A DNA stretch of 64,000 bases from Gammaproteobacteria bacterium (GTDB lineage: Bacteria > Pseudomonadota > Gammaproteobacteria > Thiohalospirales > Thiohalospiraceae): positions 1,838 to 65,837 of the forward strand of contig WFVH01000092.1 in assembly GCA_015491735.1 (NCBI GenBank), in the 5' to 3' direction. The position numbers were made by a program, and so were the translations under genes. The notes below the pieces were generated by a model. That model saw only the letters and a program-made list of their open reading frames with translations. It had not been told where the DNA came from and did no database searches. Within the stretch, counting starts at the first letter, position 1, and each line of letters begins with the position of its first letter. Shown piece by piece: positions 30,315 through 41,308 of this stretch.

Positions 30315-31190
30315 ATGTCAATCACAGCATCGATGGTGAAGGAGCTGCGCGAACGCACCGGCGCAGGGATGATGGAGTGCAAGAAAGCGTTGGTGGAAAC
30401 CGGCGGCGATATTGAAGCTGCCATCGAGTTTTTGCGGAAAAGCGGGCAGGCCAAGGCCGACAAAAAAGCCGGCCGTACGGCGGCGGAAGGGCGTGTGGTC
30501 ATCGGGACAAGCCGTGATGGTAATAAAGCGGCCATGGTCGAGGTCAATTGCGAAACAGACTTTGTCGCCAATGATGATAACTTCACGCAGTTTGCGGATG
30601 CAGTGGTCCAACAGGTGCTGGAGCAGCAGCCTGCCGATCTGGATGCGTTGCTGGCCGCGCCGATGGATGGAGAAAGCATCGAAGAGGTTCGCAAGGGGCT
30701 GGTTGCGAAAATAGGGGAAAACATCACCGTACGCCGTTTCGAACTCATGGATATCAGTGGCGAGATGGGGCAGTATTTGCACGGAAACCGCATCGGGGTT
30801 TTGGTCGATATCGAGGGGGGCGGTTCCGCACTGGCGAAGGATATCGCTATGCATATCGCCGCGAGCAAACCTGTTTGCATCAGCGCCGATCAGGTGGATC
30901 CCGGGCTTGTCGAAAAAGAGAAGGCGATCTTCAAGGCACAGGCGGAAGAGAGCGGGAAACCTGCTGACATCATCGAAAAGATGATTACCGGTAGAGTCAA
31001 CAAGTATCTCAAGGAGATTACCCTCCTGGGCCAGGCTTTCATAAAGAATCCCGATGAGTCCATTGAAAAGCTGCTGAACCGGGAGCAGGCCCGCGTATTG
31101 CGGTTCGTTCGCTTTGAGGTAGGCGAGGGGATTGAAAAAAAGAGCGAAAATTTTGCCGAAGAGGTCATGGCGCAGGTGAAAGGAAGCTAG
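30315..31190 (+). CDS. tsf: elongation factor Ts
   Basis: [31 protein letters not shown] Shine-Dalgarno 5 nt upstream of the ATG at 30315. The track ORF start at 30252 lies inside the MITE. Confidence 0.94.
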   Translation: MSITASMVKELRERTGAGMMECKKALVETGGDIEAAIEFLRKSGQAKADKKAGRTAAEGRVVIGTSRDGNKAAMVEVNCETDFVANDDNFTQFADAVVQQVLEQQPADLDALLAAPMDGESIEEVRKGLVAKIGENITVRRFELMDISGEMGQYLHGNRIGVLVDIEGGGSALAKDIAMHIAASKPVCISADQVDPGLVEKEKAIFKAQAEESGKPADIIEKMITGRVNKYLKEITLLGQAFIKNPDESIEKLLNREQARVLRFVRFEVGEGIEKKSENFAEEVMAQVKGS

Positions 31191-31197
31191 TCTCATC

Positions 31198-31944
31198 ATG
31201 AACCCTCCTCCTGCGAACAGTGAACTGGCCTATCGGCGTATCCTGCTGAAACTCAGTGGTGAAGCGTTGATGGGCGAGCGTGATTTTGGAATCGAACCTG
31301 ACGTTATCCGGCGCGTGGCCCTGGAGATTGGCGAGGTTGTGGCGGCGGGCGCCCAGGTCGGGCTGGTTATCGGAGGAGGGAATATCTTTCGTGGTATCGC
31401 TCTGGCTCCGGTAGGATTGCACAGAACAACGGCCGATCAAATGGGGATGCTGGCGACAGTTATGAATGCCCTGGCGATGCAGGATGTGCTGGAGCGTGAG
31501 GGTGTTGCAGTGCGGGTTATGTCGGCGCTTGCCATGCCGGAGTTGTGCGAGACACTGGAGCGGCGCCGCGCTGTCCAGCATCTTCAGCGGGGCAGGGTCG
31601 TGCTGTTTGCGGGGGGAACAGGCAACCCCTATTTTACCACCGACTCAGCCGCCAGCCTGCGCGGTATTGAAATCGATGCCGAGCTGGTTCTGAAGGCAAC
31701 CAAGGTGGATGGCGTCTACTCTGCCGACCCCCTGGGAAATCCAGCTGCTGTCCGTTATACCCGCCTTACATTCAATGAGGTTTTGGAGCAGCAGCTAAGC
31801 GTGATGGATACTGCTGCATTTGTGCTGTGCCGTGAGCAGAATCTGCCGTTGCGGGTATTTGATATGAATAAACCGGGGGCGCTGATGCGCATATTGAGAG
31901 GGGAAAACGAGGGAACGTTAATCGAAGGTGGAGAGAACCCATGA
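31198..31944 (+). CDS. pyrH: UMP kinase
   Basis: 248 aa, [13 protein letters not shown]… with the typical PyrH N-terminus. Confidence 0.94.
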   Translation: MNPPPANSELAYRRILLKLSGEALMGERDFGIEPDVIRRVALEIGEVVAAGAQVGLVIGGGNIFRGIALAPVGLHRTTADQMGMLATVMNALAMQDVLEREGVAVRVMSALAMPELCETLERRRAVQHLQRGRVVLFAGGTGNPYFTTDSAASLRGIEIDAELVLKATKVDGVYSADPLGNPAAVRYTRLTFNEVLEQQLSVMDTAAFVLCREQNLPLRVFDMNKPGALMRILRGENEGTLIEGGENP

Positions 31945-32498
31945 TAGACGAAATCCGGCAAGATACCAATATTCGCATGGCAAAGACCATTGAGACGCTG
32001 AAAAGTGAGCTGAGCAAGCTTCGAACGGGACGGGCCCACACCAGTCTGCTGGATCATATTACCGTTGACTACTACGGTAGCGAGATGCCGTTGAGCCAGG
32101 TGGCCACCATCAAGGTGGAAGATGCCCGTACGTTGAGCGTTACACCTTGGGAAAAAACCATGGTGGCTCCGATTGAGAAAGCGATAATGACTTCTGATTT
32201 GGGCCTTAATCCGGCGACTGCCGGAACAGTCATTCGTGTACCCTTGCCGGCGCTCACCGAAGAGCGCCGCAAGGACATGATCAAATTGGTGCGCCAGGAG
32301 GGGGAAAAGGCGCGTGTCGCTATTCGTAACATCCGGCGTGATGCCATCCACAATCTAAAAGATCTGCTCAAGGAGAAAGCAATAAGTGAAGATGAGGAGA
32401 GGCGTGCCCAGGATGTCATTCAGAAACTGACTGACGCTCATGTCGAGCAGGTGGAAAAGTTATTGATTGTCAAGGAAAAAGACTTGATGACTATCTAG
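31941..32498 (+). CDS. frr: ribosome recycling factor
   Basis: 185 aa, canonical RRF sequence. ATGA overlap with pyrH. Confidence 0.95.
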   Translation: MIDEIRQDTNIRMAKTIETLKSELSKLRTGRAHTSLLDHITVDYYGSEMPLSQVATIKVEDARTLSVTPWEKTMVAPIEKAIMTSDLGLNPATAGTVIRVPLPALTEERRKDMIKLVRQEGEKARVAIRNIRRDAIHNLKDLLKEKAISEDEERRAQDVIQKLTDAHVEQVEKLLIVKEKDLMTI

Positions 32499-32603
32499 TG
32501 CTCCGTCCAGGTGATAATCCGGGATACAGTTGCTTCGATGGCCATGGCCCGTTCCGCCAGCGACAGACAGACTATCTTGGTAACCTGCATTCCCTATTGA
32601 AAT

Positions 32604-33380
32604 ATGGCAACAAAAATGCCTGAATCCAAGCAAGCAAACGTTCGGCAAGGCAATACCCTTCCTCGGCATGTGGCCATTATCATGGATGGCAACGGACGCT
32701 GGGCCAAACAGCGCCATCTGCCTCGTATCGCCGGCCATCGGGCCGGGGTGAAGTCGGTGCGCAGAGTGGTTGAACAGTGCATTGACAAACGGATACGGGC
32801 ACTGACCGTCTTTGCCTTCAGCACGGAAAACTGGCGCCGCCCCCAAAAGGAGGTGGGGTTGTTGATGGAGCTTTTCCTCAATGCGCTGGAGAGGGAGGTG
32901 AAAAAGCTTCATCAACATGACGTGCAGATGCGGATCATTGGCGATCGCAGCCGTTTTCCGGCGCAGTTACAGCGAAGAATCGAAGAGGCGGAACAGTATA
33001 CAGCCTCCAATACCGCATTGACTTTTACGATTGCCGCCAACTACGGTGGCCGCTGGGATATAACCCGGGCCGCGCGCGAGCTTGGACGCGCTGTCGCGAG
33101 CGGAGAGCTTGATGCTGATGATATCAGCGAGAATGCGTTGCAATCCCGCCTGGCGCTCGCTGATTTGCCAGAGCCGGATCTGTTTATCCGTACCGGAGGA
33201 GAACAGCGGATTAGCAACTTTCTCCTCTGGCAACTGGCGTATACCGAGTTTTATTTTACGGATACTCTGTGGCCCGACTTTGGAAAAGAGAGTTTTGCCG
33301 AAGCGCTCGAGTCATTTTCATCACGTCAACGGCGTTTTGGGCGTACCAGTGAGCAAGTGGAGAAGGAGAAAGTGGTGTGA
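32604..33380 (+). CDS. uppS: ditrans,polycis-undecaprenyl-diphosphate synthase
   Basis: HVAIIMDGNGRWA and …RTGGEQRISNFLLWQ motifs. Confidence 0.94.
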   Translation: MATKMPESKQANVRQGNTLPRHVAIIMDGNGRWAKQRHLPRIAGHRAGVKSVRRVVEQCIDKRIRALTVFAFSTENWRRPQKEVGLLMELFLNALEREVKKLHQHDVQMRIIGDRSRFPAQLQRRIEEAEQYTASNTALTFTIAANYGGRWDITRAARELGRAVASGELDADDISENALQSRLALADLPEPDLFIRTGGEQRISNFLLWQLAYTEFYFTDTLWPDFGKESFAEALESFSSRQRRFGRTSEQVEKEKVV

Positions 33381-33519
33381 AAAGCAGGTACGGCTCGGGA
33401 AGGTTGACGTGATTTACGGCGGCTCCGGTTTATCTGCCATCTGTTGTCCCTGTTTCGATTGACAGCTAATCGGCGGCATATCAGATGAACATTGCCCTAC
33501 CGGTCGAAGGTGGCATGAA

Positions 33520-34359
33520 GTGACGCAGATTGCAAACTCTTCGCTGAGACAGCGCGTCATGACGGCAGCCGTTCTGGCCCCTGTGGCAATATCGGCAGTG
33601 CTGTTTCTCCCTACCGTACTGTTTGCCGCGGTGCTGGCCATTATTGTTGGCATGGGCGCGTGGGAGTGGTCAAAGCTGGCCGGGATCTCCTCTTGCCGGA
33701 TGCGGCGGCGCTATGTGGGCCTGGTCATCTGTTCACTGCTCCTGATCGGATTACTGTTAAACGACCGGTTTTTGTCTTTCTTGCTTGTTTTGGTGCTTGC
33801 CTGGTGGCTGGTTGCGGCAACCTGGGTTGCCCGCTACCCGGCCAGTGCTTCAGCATGGATGGCCGCCCCCTGGCGGGGAGGGGGGATCGGGCTGTTGATA
33901 CTGCTCCCGCCCTGGGCAGCGCTGGTTGCTCTCCATGGCCACGGGGAGCAGGGGCCAGCGCTGGTTCTGCTGCTGTTTCTGTTGATTTGGGGCGCCGACA
34001 GCGGAGCCTATTTCGCCGGCAGGAAATGGGGTAAGGATAAACTCGCGCCCCAGGTCAGTCCCGGCAAGAGCTGGCAAGGGCTTTGGGGTGGGATGATTGC
34101 GGCGCTGTTGGTGGCATTGCTGTTTATCTCACTTTCCCTTGTTAATATAAAATATTCGGTATACTTTGTAATCATCTGTATTGTAACCATATTATTTTCC
34201 GTTCTCGGGGATCTGGTCGAAAGCATGTTCAAAAGGAGCGCCGGAGTAAAAGACAGCGGTAGTGTGCTGCCCGGGCATGGCGGAGTACTGGATCGCATCG
34301 ATAGCCTTACGGCTGCGGCGCCGGTTTTCGTGCTGGGTACTTTGGGTGTGTGCCTGTGA
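33520..34359 (+). CDS. cdsA: phosphatidate cytidylyltransferase
   Basis: Multi-TM protein with C-terminal signature [31 protein letters not shown] start. Confidence 0.9.
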   Translation: MTQIANSSLRQRVMTAAVLAPVAISAVLFLPTVLFAAVLAIIVGMGAWEWSKLAGISSCRMRRRYVGLVICSLLLIGLLLNDRFLSFLLVLVLAWWLVAATWVARYPASASAWMAAPWRGGGIGLLILLPPWAALVALHGHGEQGPALVLLLFLLIWGADSGAYFAGRKWGKDKLAPQVSPGKSWQGLWGGMIAALLVALLFISLSLVNIKYSVYFVIICIVTILFSVLGDLVESMFKRSAGVKDSGSVLPGHGGVLDRIDSLTAAAPVFVLGTLGVCL

Positions 34360-35549
34360 AAGGGGTCACAGTGCTCGGCGCAACGGGCTCGATCGGCGTG
34401 AGTACGCTGGAGGTGATCAAACGTCATGAAGATCGATTCCATGCTGTCGCGCTTACCGCCAACAGCCAGGTCGAACGCCTGTTCGAACTGTGCCTCGAGT
34501 TCCGGCCAGAATATGCCGTGATGGTGGATGATGACAGCGCCCAGCAGCTACATGAGCGATTGAAGCTGGCGGATATCGGGATCGAGGTGCTGTCCGGTAT
34601 CGCCGGTCTCGAGCAGGTCGCTGCCTTGCCGCAAGCCGATTATGTTATGGCCGCTATCGTGGGGGCCGCCGGCCTCGAACCGGCGCTGGCCGCCGCCGCT
34701 GCGGGCAAGCGGATATTGCTGGCCAACAAGGAAGCACTGGTCATGTCCGGGCGCATTTTTATGGACACTGTCCGTAAAAGCGGGGCCGAACTATTGCCGG
34801 TGGATAGTGAGCACAATGCAATTTTCCAGTGCATGCCGTCAAGCGCGGAAGGGGGATTGGCAGCGATCGGCGTAAGCCATATTCTGTTGACGGCCTCCGG
34901 CGGGCCGTTCCGCACCACACCGATGGAACGGCTTGCCGGTATTGCGCCGGAGGAGGCCTGTTCCCACCCCAACTGGGTAATGGGCCGGAAAATTTCCGTA
35001 GACTCCGCCACGATGATGAACAAGGGGCTGGAGGTGATCGAGGCTTGCTGGCTGTTCAATGCAGAACCGGATCAGATCCAGGTGGTTATTCACCCTCAGA
35101 GCATCATCCACTCCATGGTTCAATATACGGATGGTTCGGTGCTGGCCCAGCTCGGCAACCCCGATATGCGCACCCCCATTGCCCATGCGCTGGCCTGGCC
35201 GGAGCGTATCGACTCCGGTGTGCCGCCGCTGGATCTGTTTGCTGTTGCCCGGTTCGATTTCGAGATACCGGATTTGGCCCGTTTTCCCTGTTTACGGCTG
35301 GCTTATGAGGCGATAAGGACAGGCGGAACCTGTCCCGCCATTCTCAACGCAGCCAACGAAATCGCCGTTCAGGCATTTTTGGATCGGCAGTTGCCATTTA
35401 CTGCCATCTCCGAAGTGGTTGAAGCAACGCTGGAGCGGGTATCATCCCGTCCGGCGGAGAGTCTGGCGGCAGTGCTAAGGGACGATGCCTCGGCCCGCCA
35501 ACAGGCCTTGCAACTAATTGGCCAAATGGAGGGTCAGAGCAGAGCATGA
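34356..35549 (+). CDS. dxr: 1-deoxy-D-xylulose 5-phosphate reductoisomerase
   Basis: From the GTG at 34356 the protein starts [14 protein letters not shown], like other Dxr proteins. That GTG overlaps the cdsA stop. The track ORF starts 6 nt earlier. Confidence 0.93.
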   Translation: MKGVTVLGATGSIGVSTLEVIKRHEDRFHAVALTANSQVERLFELCLEFRPEYAVMVDDDSAQQLHERLKLADIGIEVLSGIAGLEQVAALPQADYVMAAIVGAAGLEPALAAAAAGKRILLANKEALVMSGRIFMDTVRKSGAELLPVDSEHNAIFQCMPSSAEGGLAAIGVSHILLTASGGPFRTTPMERLAGIAPEEACSHPNWVMGRKISVDSATMMNKGLEVIEACWLFNAEPDQIQVVIHPQSIIHSMVQYTDGSVLAQLGNPDMRTPIAHALAWPERIDSGVPPLDLFAVARFDFEIPDLARFPCLRLAYEAIRTGGTCPAILNAANEIAVQAFLDRQLPFTAISEVVEATLERVSSRPAESLAAVLRDDASARQQALQLIGQMEGQSRA

Positions 35550-36907
35550 ACGGTTTTTTGATCTCTCTTCTCTCTTTTATCGTCGCGATTGGTGTTCTGG
35601 TCGCCATCCATGAGTTTGGACATTTCTGGGTGGCGCGAAAACTGGGGGTCAAGGTTATCCGTTTCTCCATCGGTTTTGGCAAGCCGGTATGGAGGTGGCA
35701 AAAGGAACCCGGGACAACCGAATATGTTATCGGCATGGCCCCGCTGGGCGGCTATGTGAAGATGCTGGATGAGCGGGAAGAGTCCGTTACCGAGGCAGAG
35801 CTGCCGCTGGCATTCAACCGGCAGCCCGTCGGTAGCCGAATCGCTATTGTCGCCGCCGGACCCCTGTTCAACTTTCTGTTTGCCATCCTGGCTTACTGGC
35901 TGGTTTTCGTGCTGGGGGTTGAGGGTGTCAAACCGGTAGTGGACGGGGTCAAACCGGACTCTCCGGCGGCGATTGCCGGTTTGCGGCATGGCGATCAGAT
36001 CGTTTCAGTAGACGATGACATAACACCCACCTGGGGAAGCGTCATGCAAGCGCTGCTCTACAAGGCGGTGAAAGGTCAAAGTGCATCCCTCCGGGTTCGG
36101 GACAGCCAGGGGCTGGAGCGGCATTTGGCGCTATCCCTGCCAAAAATAGGCGAAAAATCCGGTGAACCGGATCTGCTGGAAGAGGTGGGGATTGAGCCAC
36201 TCCGGCCCACTATTGATCCGGTAATTGACCAGGTACTGAAAAACAGCCCTGCGGAGCAGGCTGGGCTCAAGCCGGGTGATCGGGTGCTGATGGTGGATGG
36301 CAAGCCCATTGCCAGTTGGAGCGAGCTGGTTGACTATATCCAGGCTCGTCCAGGTATCACCCTTACCTTGACAGTCGAGCGGAAAGGGCGGCAGCACGAA
36401 CTGCATGTTACGCCTGAAGCGGCCAGCACTGGCGGCAGTGAGACCGGGCGGATTGGCGCCGGGGTGGTCCCGGCCACGCTACCGCCGGCGTTTCGTGCCG
36501 AGCTGCAGTATGCTCCGCTCCGGGCGGTTATCGAGGCGGTTGCCAAAACCTGGGAAATGAGCGCCATGACGGTGCGCATGCTGGGGAAGATGATCATTGG
36601 CCAGGCTTCGCTTGAGAATATCAGTGGCCCGATTACCATCGCGCAGTATGCTGGTTACACCGCGGCCATTGGCTTTGTGCAGTTTATCGGTTTTCTGGCC
36701 ATTATCAGCATCAGCCTGGGGGTGATCAATCTTCTGCCGGTGCCGCTGCTGGATGGCGGTCATCTGCTGTATTATTTTATTGAGATCGTCAAGGGAAGTC
36801 CTGTTTCCGAACAGGCGCAGATACTGGGGCAACGGCTGGGTATCGCCATGCTGGCTTCGCTGATGGCGTTGGCATTTTATAATGACATCATGCGATTGCT
36901 CAGATAA
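35546..36907 (+). CDS. rseP: sigma-E protease RseP (site-2 protease)
   Basis: HEFGHF zinc motif in the first TM, two PDZ-like regions and a C-terminal [10 protein letters not shown] motif. Confidence 0.92.
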   Translation: MNGFLISLLSFIVAIGVLVAIHEFGHFWVARKLGVKVIRFSIGFGKPVWRWQKEPGTTEYVIGMAPLGGYVKMLDEREESVTEAELPLAFNRQPVGSRIAIVAAGPLFNFLFAILAYWLVFVLGVEGVKPVVDGVKPDSPAAIAGLRHGDQIVSVDDDITPTWGSVMQALLYKAVKGQSASLRVRDSQGLERHLALSLPKIGEKSGEPDLLEEVGIEPLRPTIDPVIDQVLKNSPAEQAGLKPGDRVLMVDGKPIASWSELVDYIQARPGITLTLTVERKGRQHELHVTPEAASTGGSETGRIGAGVVPATLPPAFRAELQYAPLRAVIEAVAKTWEMSAMTVRMLGKMIIGQASLENISGPITIAQYAGYTAAIGFVQFIGFLAIISISLGVINLLPVPLLDGGHLLYYFIEIVKGSPVSEQAQILGQRLGIAMLASLMALAFYNDIMRLLR

Positions 36908-37033
36908 CAACTGTCTGGCATTTTATTCTTGATCCGGCAACAATATATGCCGCATCCAGGGTTTCAGGAACGGGCTGGAACAAGGCGCGGCGCGCGGGAA
37001 GGGGGTTCCCCTTTTCTCGCAAGGAGAGCCGTC

Positions 37034-37180
37034 ATGCCTGCAGTTCCCAACCGCTTTTATTTTTTGGTGCTGCCGCATACGCTGGCAGGCTGTGTGTTAT
37101 CGAAGCCCGCTGCCGGCGTACACGCGGTAGCCGGGGGCCCTGTTATATCCGGGTGCCGGATTAATATAATTTTGAGGTAA
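37034..37180 (+). CDS. candidate 48-aa small lipoprotein, 3' end replaced by MITE insertion
   Basis: AAGGAG at 37021-37026, 7 nt before the ATG. The N-terminus MPAVPNRFYFLVLPHTLAGC has a lipobox LAGC. The stop TAA is supplied by bases 2-4 of MITE copy 5. I recognise no homology. Confidence 0.3.
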   Translation: MPAVPNRFYFLVLPHTLAGCVLSKPAAGVHAVAGGPVISGCRINIILR

Positions 37181-37328
37181 CTATTCAGCTCACCCCTGAA
37201 ATCCGCCATTTCTGCGTTGAAAAATGGTCATTTACACCCGTAAACTCCCATTTTTCGCCTTGAACTGACGCATTTCAGGGGCAATCTGAACAGTTACCGG
37301 CTTGTTTCAGACTATGCTGAATAGTTAC
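37177..37328 (+). mobile_element. MITE copy 5 (152 bp, canonical)
   Basis: TSD ATTTTGAG at 37169-37176 and 37329-37336. Confidence 0.93.
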
Positions 37329-37377
37329 ATTTTGAGGCTGTTCCGGAATCTGCTGCTATCGTGACAATGGACAACGT

Positions 37378-39663
37378 ATGAAACGAACTTTGTGCTTTGC
37401 TTTGATTTGGCTGTATGCGGCGGGCGTTGCCTGGGCATTTGAGCCTTTCCTGGTCAAAGAGATTCAGGTGAAAGGGTTACAGCGGATAGCTACCGGTACC
37501 GTATACAACTATTTGCCGATAAAAATCGGTGATCAGCTGGATGAATATCTTGCTGAAAAAGTGCTTAGGAGTCTTTTTAAAACTGGATTCTTCGATGATG
37601 TGACCCTTGCCCGGCAGGGGAGGAACACGCTGCTGGTGAGTGTAAAAGAGCGCCCTTCCATCGCGGAGATCAAGTTGTCCGGTAACAAGGAGATCGAAAC
37701 AGAAGCGATTGAAAAAAGCCTCAAGCAGATTGGCCTGGCGGAGGGGCGGGTGTTCGACCGCTCCATGCTGGACAGGATTGAACAGGAGCTGATACGGCAG
37801 TACTACAACAACGGCAAGTATGCAGCACATGTCAAATCATCGGTGGAACCGCTTGAGCGTAATCGTGTTGCCGTCAGTATCGAAATTACAGAGGGCGAGG
37901 TGGCAAAAATTCGTGCTATCAATATTGTCGGTAACCGGGCCTTTACGGACAAGGCGCTGCTGGATGATTTTCAGTTGGGGCCGGCCGGCCTGTTTTCCTT
38001 TTTCTCCAGCAGCGACAAGTACTCAAAGCAGCGGCTGGCGGGAGATTTGGAGACACTGCGCTCCTATTACATGGATCGGGGCTATATCAACTTCAACATT
38101 ACATCGACGCAGGTCTCCATAACGCCAGACAAACAGGGTGTCTATATCACAATCAATGTTAACGAGGGCGACAAGTTTACGGTTGGGGATATCGAACTGG
38201 GAGGGAAGCTGGTCGTTTCCACACAGCAGCTGAGAAAGCTCGTTGAGCTGCAGCCGGGCGACACCTTTTCCCGCAGCAAGGTGACTCAGACGATCAACAA
38301 CATAACAGAACGAATCTCTACCGAAGGTTACGCCTTTGCCAACGTGAATGCCATTCCGGAGTATGATCAGGACAAGCGCCGGGTTTCGTTACGCTTCTAT
38401 GTTGATCCTGGCAAGCGGGTGTACGTTCGTCGTATCAATATATCGGGCAACACCAAGACCCGCGACGATGTTATCCGCCGCGAGATACGCCAGATGGAGG
38501 GGGGGGTATTGGCAATTGAAAAACTCAATCTGTCACAGCGCCGGTTGAACCGGTTGGGATATTTCGGCCAGGTGAATATCGAAACCCCTCCCGTACCGGG
38601 GACTCCTGATCAAGTCGATGTCAATGTCAGTGTGACAGAACAACCCTCCGGCTCCTTCAGTGCCGGGATTGGTTACTCCCAGGCACAAGGCGCGCTGGTC
38701 AACGCCAGTATTACCCAAAATAATTTTCTGGGAACAGGTACCTCCAACAGCCTGACCATTAATAACAGCAGGGTAAACACCGTGTACAGCTTCTCCTATA
38801 CGAACCCCTACTACACGAAGGACGGGATCAGCCGCGGGTTTCGCGCTTTCTACCGGGAAACCAATGCAGGAAATGCCAACGTTGCCCGCTATCTGACGGA
38901 TGTCTATGGGGGAGGGGTAAACTACGGGCTTCCACTGGATGAAAACAATACCTTCCGCTTTGGTCTGGATTATGAGCATACTTTCCTGAAAGCCACAGAC
39001 AACACACCCCGGGAGTTTCTGGACTTTATCGATGAAAACGGGGATCAATATGATATATTCAACGCCAGCCTGGGCTGGATCTACGACTCCCGTAACCGCG
39101 GATTGTTTCCTACGGACGGGGTAAGGAACAGACTCAATCTGCAGGTAACGATACCCGGCAGTACGCTGGAGTACTATAAAGTGGAGCTGAGCCATCGGTA
39201 CTATCTGCCGGTCGGCAAGAAATCCACTATTTTATTGCGCGGTGAAGTAAACTATAGTGACGGTCTGGGTGGTCTAAGCGCGCCCCCGCCATTTGAATAC
39301 TTTTATACGGGAGGGAGTCAGTCAGTTCGCGGGTTCCAGGCAAATTCGCTGGGGCCACGCCCTGCCGATGGAACCAGCGATCGTTCGCTGGGGGGAACGG
39401 TGGAGACGGTCGGGGGCATCGAATTCTTCTTTCCGCCCAGCGCCGAGAACGACAGTCTGCGGCTGACGTTGTTTGCTGATGTGGGCAATGTCTATATGGG
39501 ATTCGACGACTTTGATGCCGGCAAGCTTCGTTCATCCTATGGCGTGGGCCTGGTTTGGCTTACGCCGGTAGGCGTACTAAAATTGAGCTACGCGAAACCG
39601 CTGTACTATGAATCAGAGGATGATCTGGATCCCCTGCAGTTTACGATTGGAATGGGTTATTAA
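37378..39663 (+). CDS. bamA: outer membrane protein assembly factor BamA
   Basis: 761 aa with a signal peptide, POTRA repeats and an Omp85 barrel ending …FTIGMGY. Confidence 0.94.
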   Translation: MKRTLCFALIWLYAAGVAWAFEPFLVKEIQVKGLQRIATGTVYNYLPIKIGDQLDEYLAEKVLRSLFKTGFFDDVTLARQGRNTLLVSVKERPSIAEIKLSGNKEIETEAIEKSLKQIGLAEGRVFDRSMLDRIEQELIRQYYNNGKYAAHVKSSVEPLERNRVAVSIEITEGEVAKIRAINIVGNRAFTDKALLDDFQLGPAGLFSFFSSSDKYSKQRLAGDLETLRSYYMDRGYINFNITSTQVSITPDKQGVYITINVNEGDKFTVGDIELGGKLVVSTQQLRKLVELQPGDTFSRSKVTQTINNITERISTEGYAFANVNAIPEYDQDKRRVSLRFYVDPGKRVYVRRINISGNTKTRDDVIRREIRQMEGGVLAIEKLNLSQRRLNRLGYFGQVNIETPPVPGTPDQVDVNVSVTEQPSGSFSAGIGYSQAQGALVNASITQNNFLGTGTSNSLTINNSRVNTVYSFSYTNPYYTKDGISRGFRAFYRETNAGNANVARYLTDVYGGGVNYGLPLDENNTFRFGLDYEHTFLKATDNTPREFLDFIDENGDQYDIFNASLGWIYDSRNRGLFPTDGVRNRLNLQVTIPGSTLEYYKVELSHRYYLPVGKKSTILLRGEVNYSDGLGGLSAPPPFEYFYTGGSQSVRGFQANSLGPRPADGTSDRSLGGTVETVGGIEFFFPPSAENDSLRLTLFADVGNVYMGFDDFDAGKLRSSYGVGLVWLTPVGVLKLSYAKPLYYESEDDLDPLQFTIGMGY

Positions 39664-39681
39664 CAGAGAGCGGGTACTCTT

Positions 39682-40206
39682 TTGAACAAAAATACAATAC
39701 AAACGGGAGTTTTGCTTCTGGTCTGTTTGATGTTGGGAATACCGGCATCGAAGGCGGAGGATATCAAAATTGGCGTGGTCAACACGTCGCGGGTACTTCA
39801 GGAGTCGCCCCAGGCGCGCGGTTCCAGCAAAGCCCTTGAGAAGGAGTTTGCGCCCCGCGAGCGCGACCTGGTTGAAAAACAAAAAAAAATAAAGGAGGAA
39901 GAGGAGCGCCTGGTGCGTGACAGTGCGGTGATGAGCGAGTCAGAGCGCCGCAAGGCAGAGCGTGAACTGCTTGACTTACAACGCGAACTGAAGCGATTGC
40001 GGGAAGAGTTCCGTGAAGATCTGAATATCCGCCGTAACGAGGAGTTTAGCAAACTGCAACGTGTTATCTCCAACGTTATCGATGAGTTGGCCAAAGAGAA
40101 GGGGTTCGATCTTATCCTGGGTGAAAACGTTATCTTCGCTACTGACAGTATCGATATCACCAAGCAGATACTGGAACGGCTCGACAAGACAGATCCAGGA
40201 AAATAG
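39682..40206 (+). CDS. skp: periplasmic chaperone Skp (OmpH family)
   Basis: 174 aa with a signal peptide and a charged coiled-coil body. Lies between bamA and lpxD. Confidence 0.9.
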   Translation: MNKNTIQTGVLLLVCLMLGIPASKAEDIKIGVVNTSRVLQESPQARGSSKALEKEFAPRERDLVEKQKKIKEEEERLVRDSAVMSESERRKAERELLDLQRELKRLREEFREDLNIRRNEEFSKLQRVISNVIDELAKEKGFDLILGENVIFATDSIDITKQILERLDKTDPGK

Positions 40207-40249
40207 TATCAGGTCGATGCCCTCTGTTCAACGAGCCGGATGCGGATAA

Positions 40250-41296
40250 ATGGCGGTCTATACGCTGGATGAGCTGGCCAGTCTCGTGGAAGGGCGGGTG
40301 GTGGGGGAGGCCGGTACCCGTATCGAAGGTGTTGCAACGCTGGCAAATGCCTCCTCACGGCAAATCAGTTTCCTTGCCAATCCGCGATATCAACGGCAGC
40401 TTTCGGAGACCCGTGCGGCTGCGGTCATCCTGAGCGAATCCGAGCTACCCTATTGCCCTGTCAATGCGCTGGTAACATCCAGCCCTTATATTGCCTATGC
40501 CCGCATTGCCGCGTTGTTTGCGCCTGACCGGTTGTCGGGTCATCACGGTGTTCATCCCGCGGCCTGTGTCAGTGCAGATGCCACCGTTCACGAGACAGCC
40601 TCTATTGGCCCCAACTGCTCCATCGGGGCCGGGGCCATCGTTGGCGCCAACTCGCGAATCGGTCCCGGCTGTTTCGTAGCAGAGAACGCCCGTATCGGCG
40701 CCGACTGCCTGTTGGTTGGCAATGTCTCCATCTGCCACGGCGTTCGTATTGGAGAGCGTAACATCATCCACCCGGGTGCGGTCATCGGCAGTGACGGATT
40801 TGGTTTCGCCAATGTTGGGGGGGAGTGGCTGAAAGTCCCTCAACTGGGTAGTGTAGTCATCGGTAACGATGTGGAAATAGGGGCCAATACCACGATAGAC
40901 CGGGGAGCGCTGGACGACACCGTCATCGAAGACGGCGTCAAACTGGATAACCAGATTCAGATAGCCCATAACGTGCGGATCGGCGCGCATACGGCAATGG
41001 CCGGCTGTGTCGGTGTATCCGGCAGCACCCGTATTGGCCGCCGTTGTGCTGTTGCCGGTGGTGTGGGCATTGCAGGCCACCTGGAGATCGCGGACGATGT
41101 AACGATTACGGCGATGTCTCTGGTACTCAAGTCCATCAAGAATGCCGGCAGTGTCCACTCATCAGGGATCCCGACAGAGCCAAATCGTTCGTGGAATCGG
41201 CGATTGGTCTATTTTCGACGCCTGGAAGAGATGGCGGATCGGCTCAAATCGATTGAACGCCAGCTTGCCACCGAGAACAACAAGCAGGAGGATTGA
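40250..41296 (+). CDS. lpxD: UDP-3-O-acylglucosamine N-acyltransferase
   Basis: 348 aa with left-handed beta-helix hexapeptide repeats, in conserved context. Confidence 0.93.
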   Translation: MAVYTLDELASLVEGRVVGEAGTRIEGVATLANASSRQISFLANPRYQRQLSETRAAAVILSESELPYCPVNALVTSSPYIAYARIAALFAPDRLSGHHGVHPAACVSADATVHETASIGPNCSIGAGAIVGANSRIGPGCFVAENARIGADCLLVGNVSICHGVRIGERNIIHPGAVIGSDGFGFANVGGEWLKVPQLGSVVIGNDVEIGANTTIDRGALDDTVIEDGVKLDNQIQIAHNVRIGAHTAMAGCVGVSGSTRIGRRCAVAGGVGIAGHLEIADDVTITAMSLVLKSIKNAGSVHSSGIPTEPNRSWNRRLVYFRRLEEMADRLKSIERQLATENNKQED

Positions 41297-41308
41297 ACCT
41301 TGGAAAGT

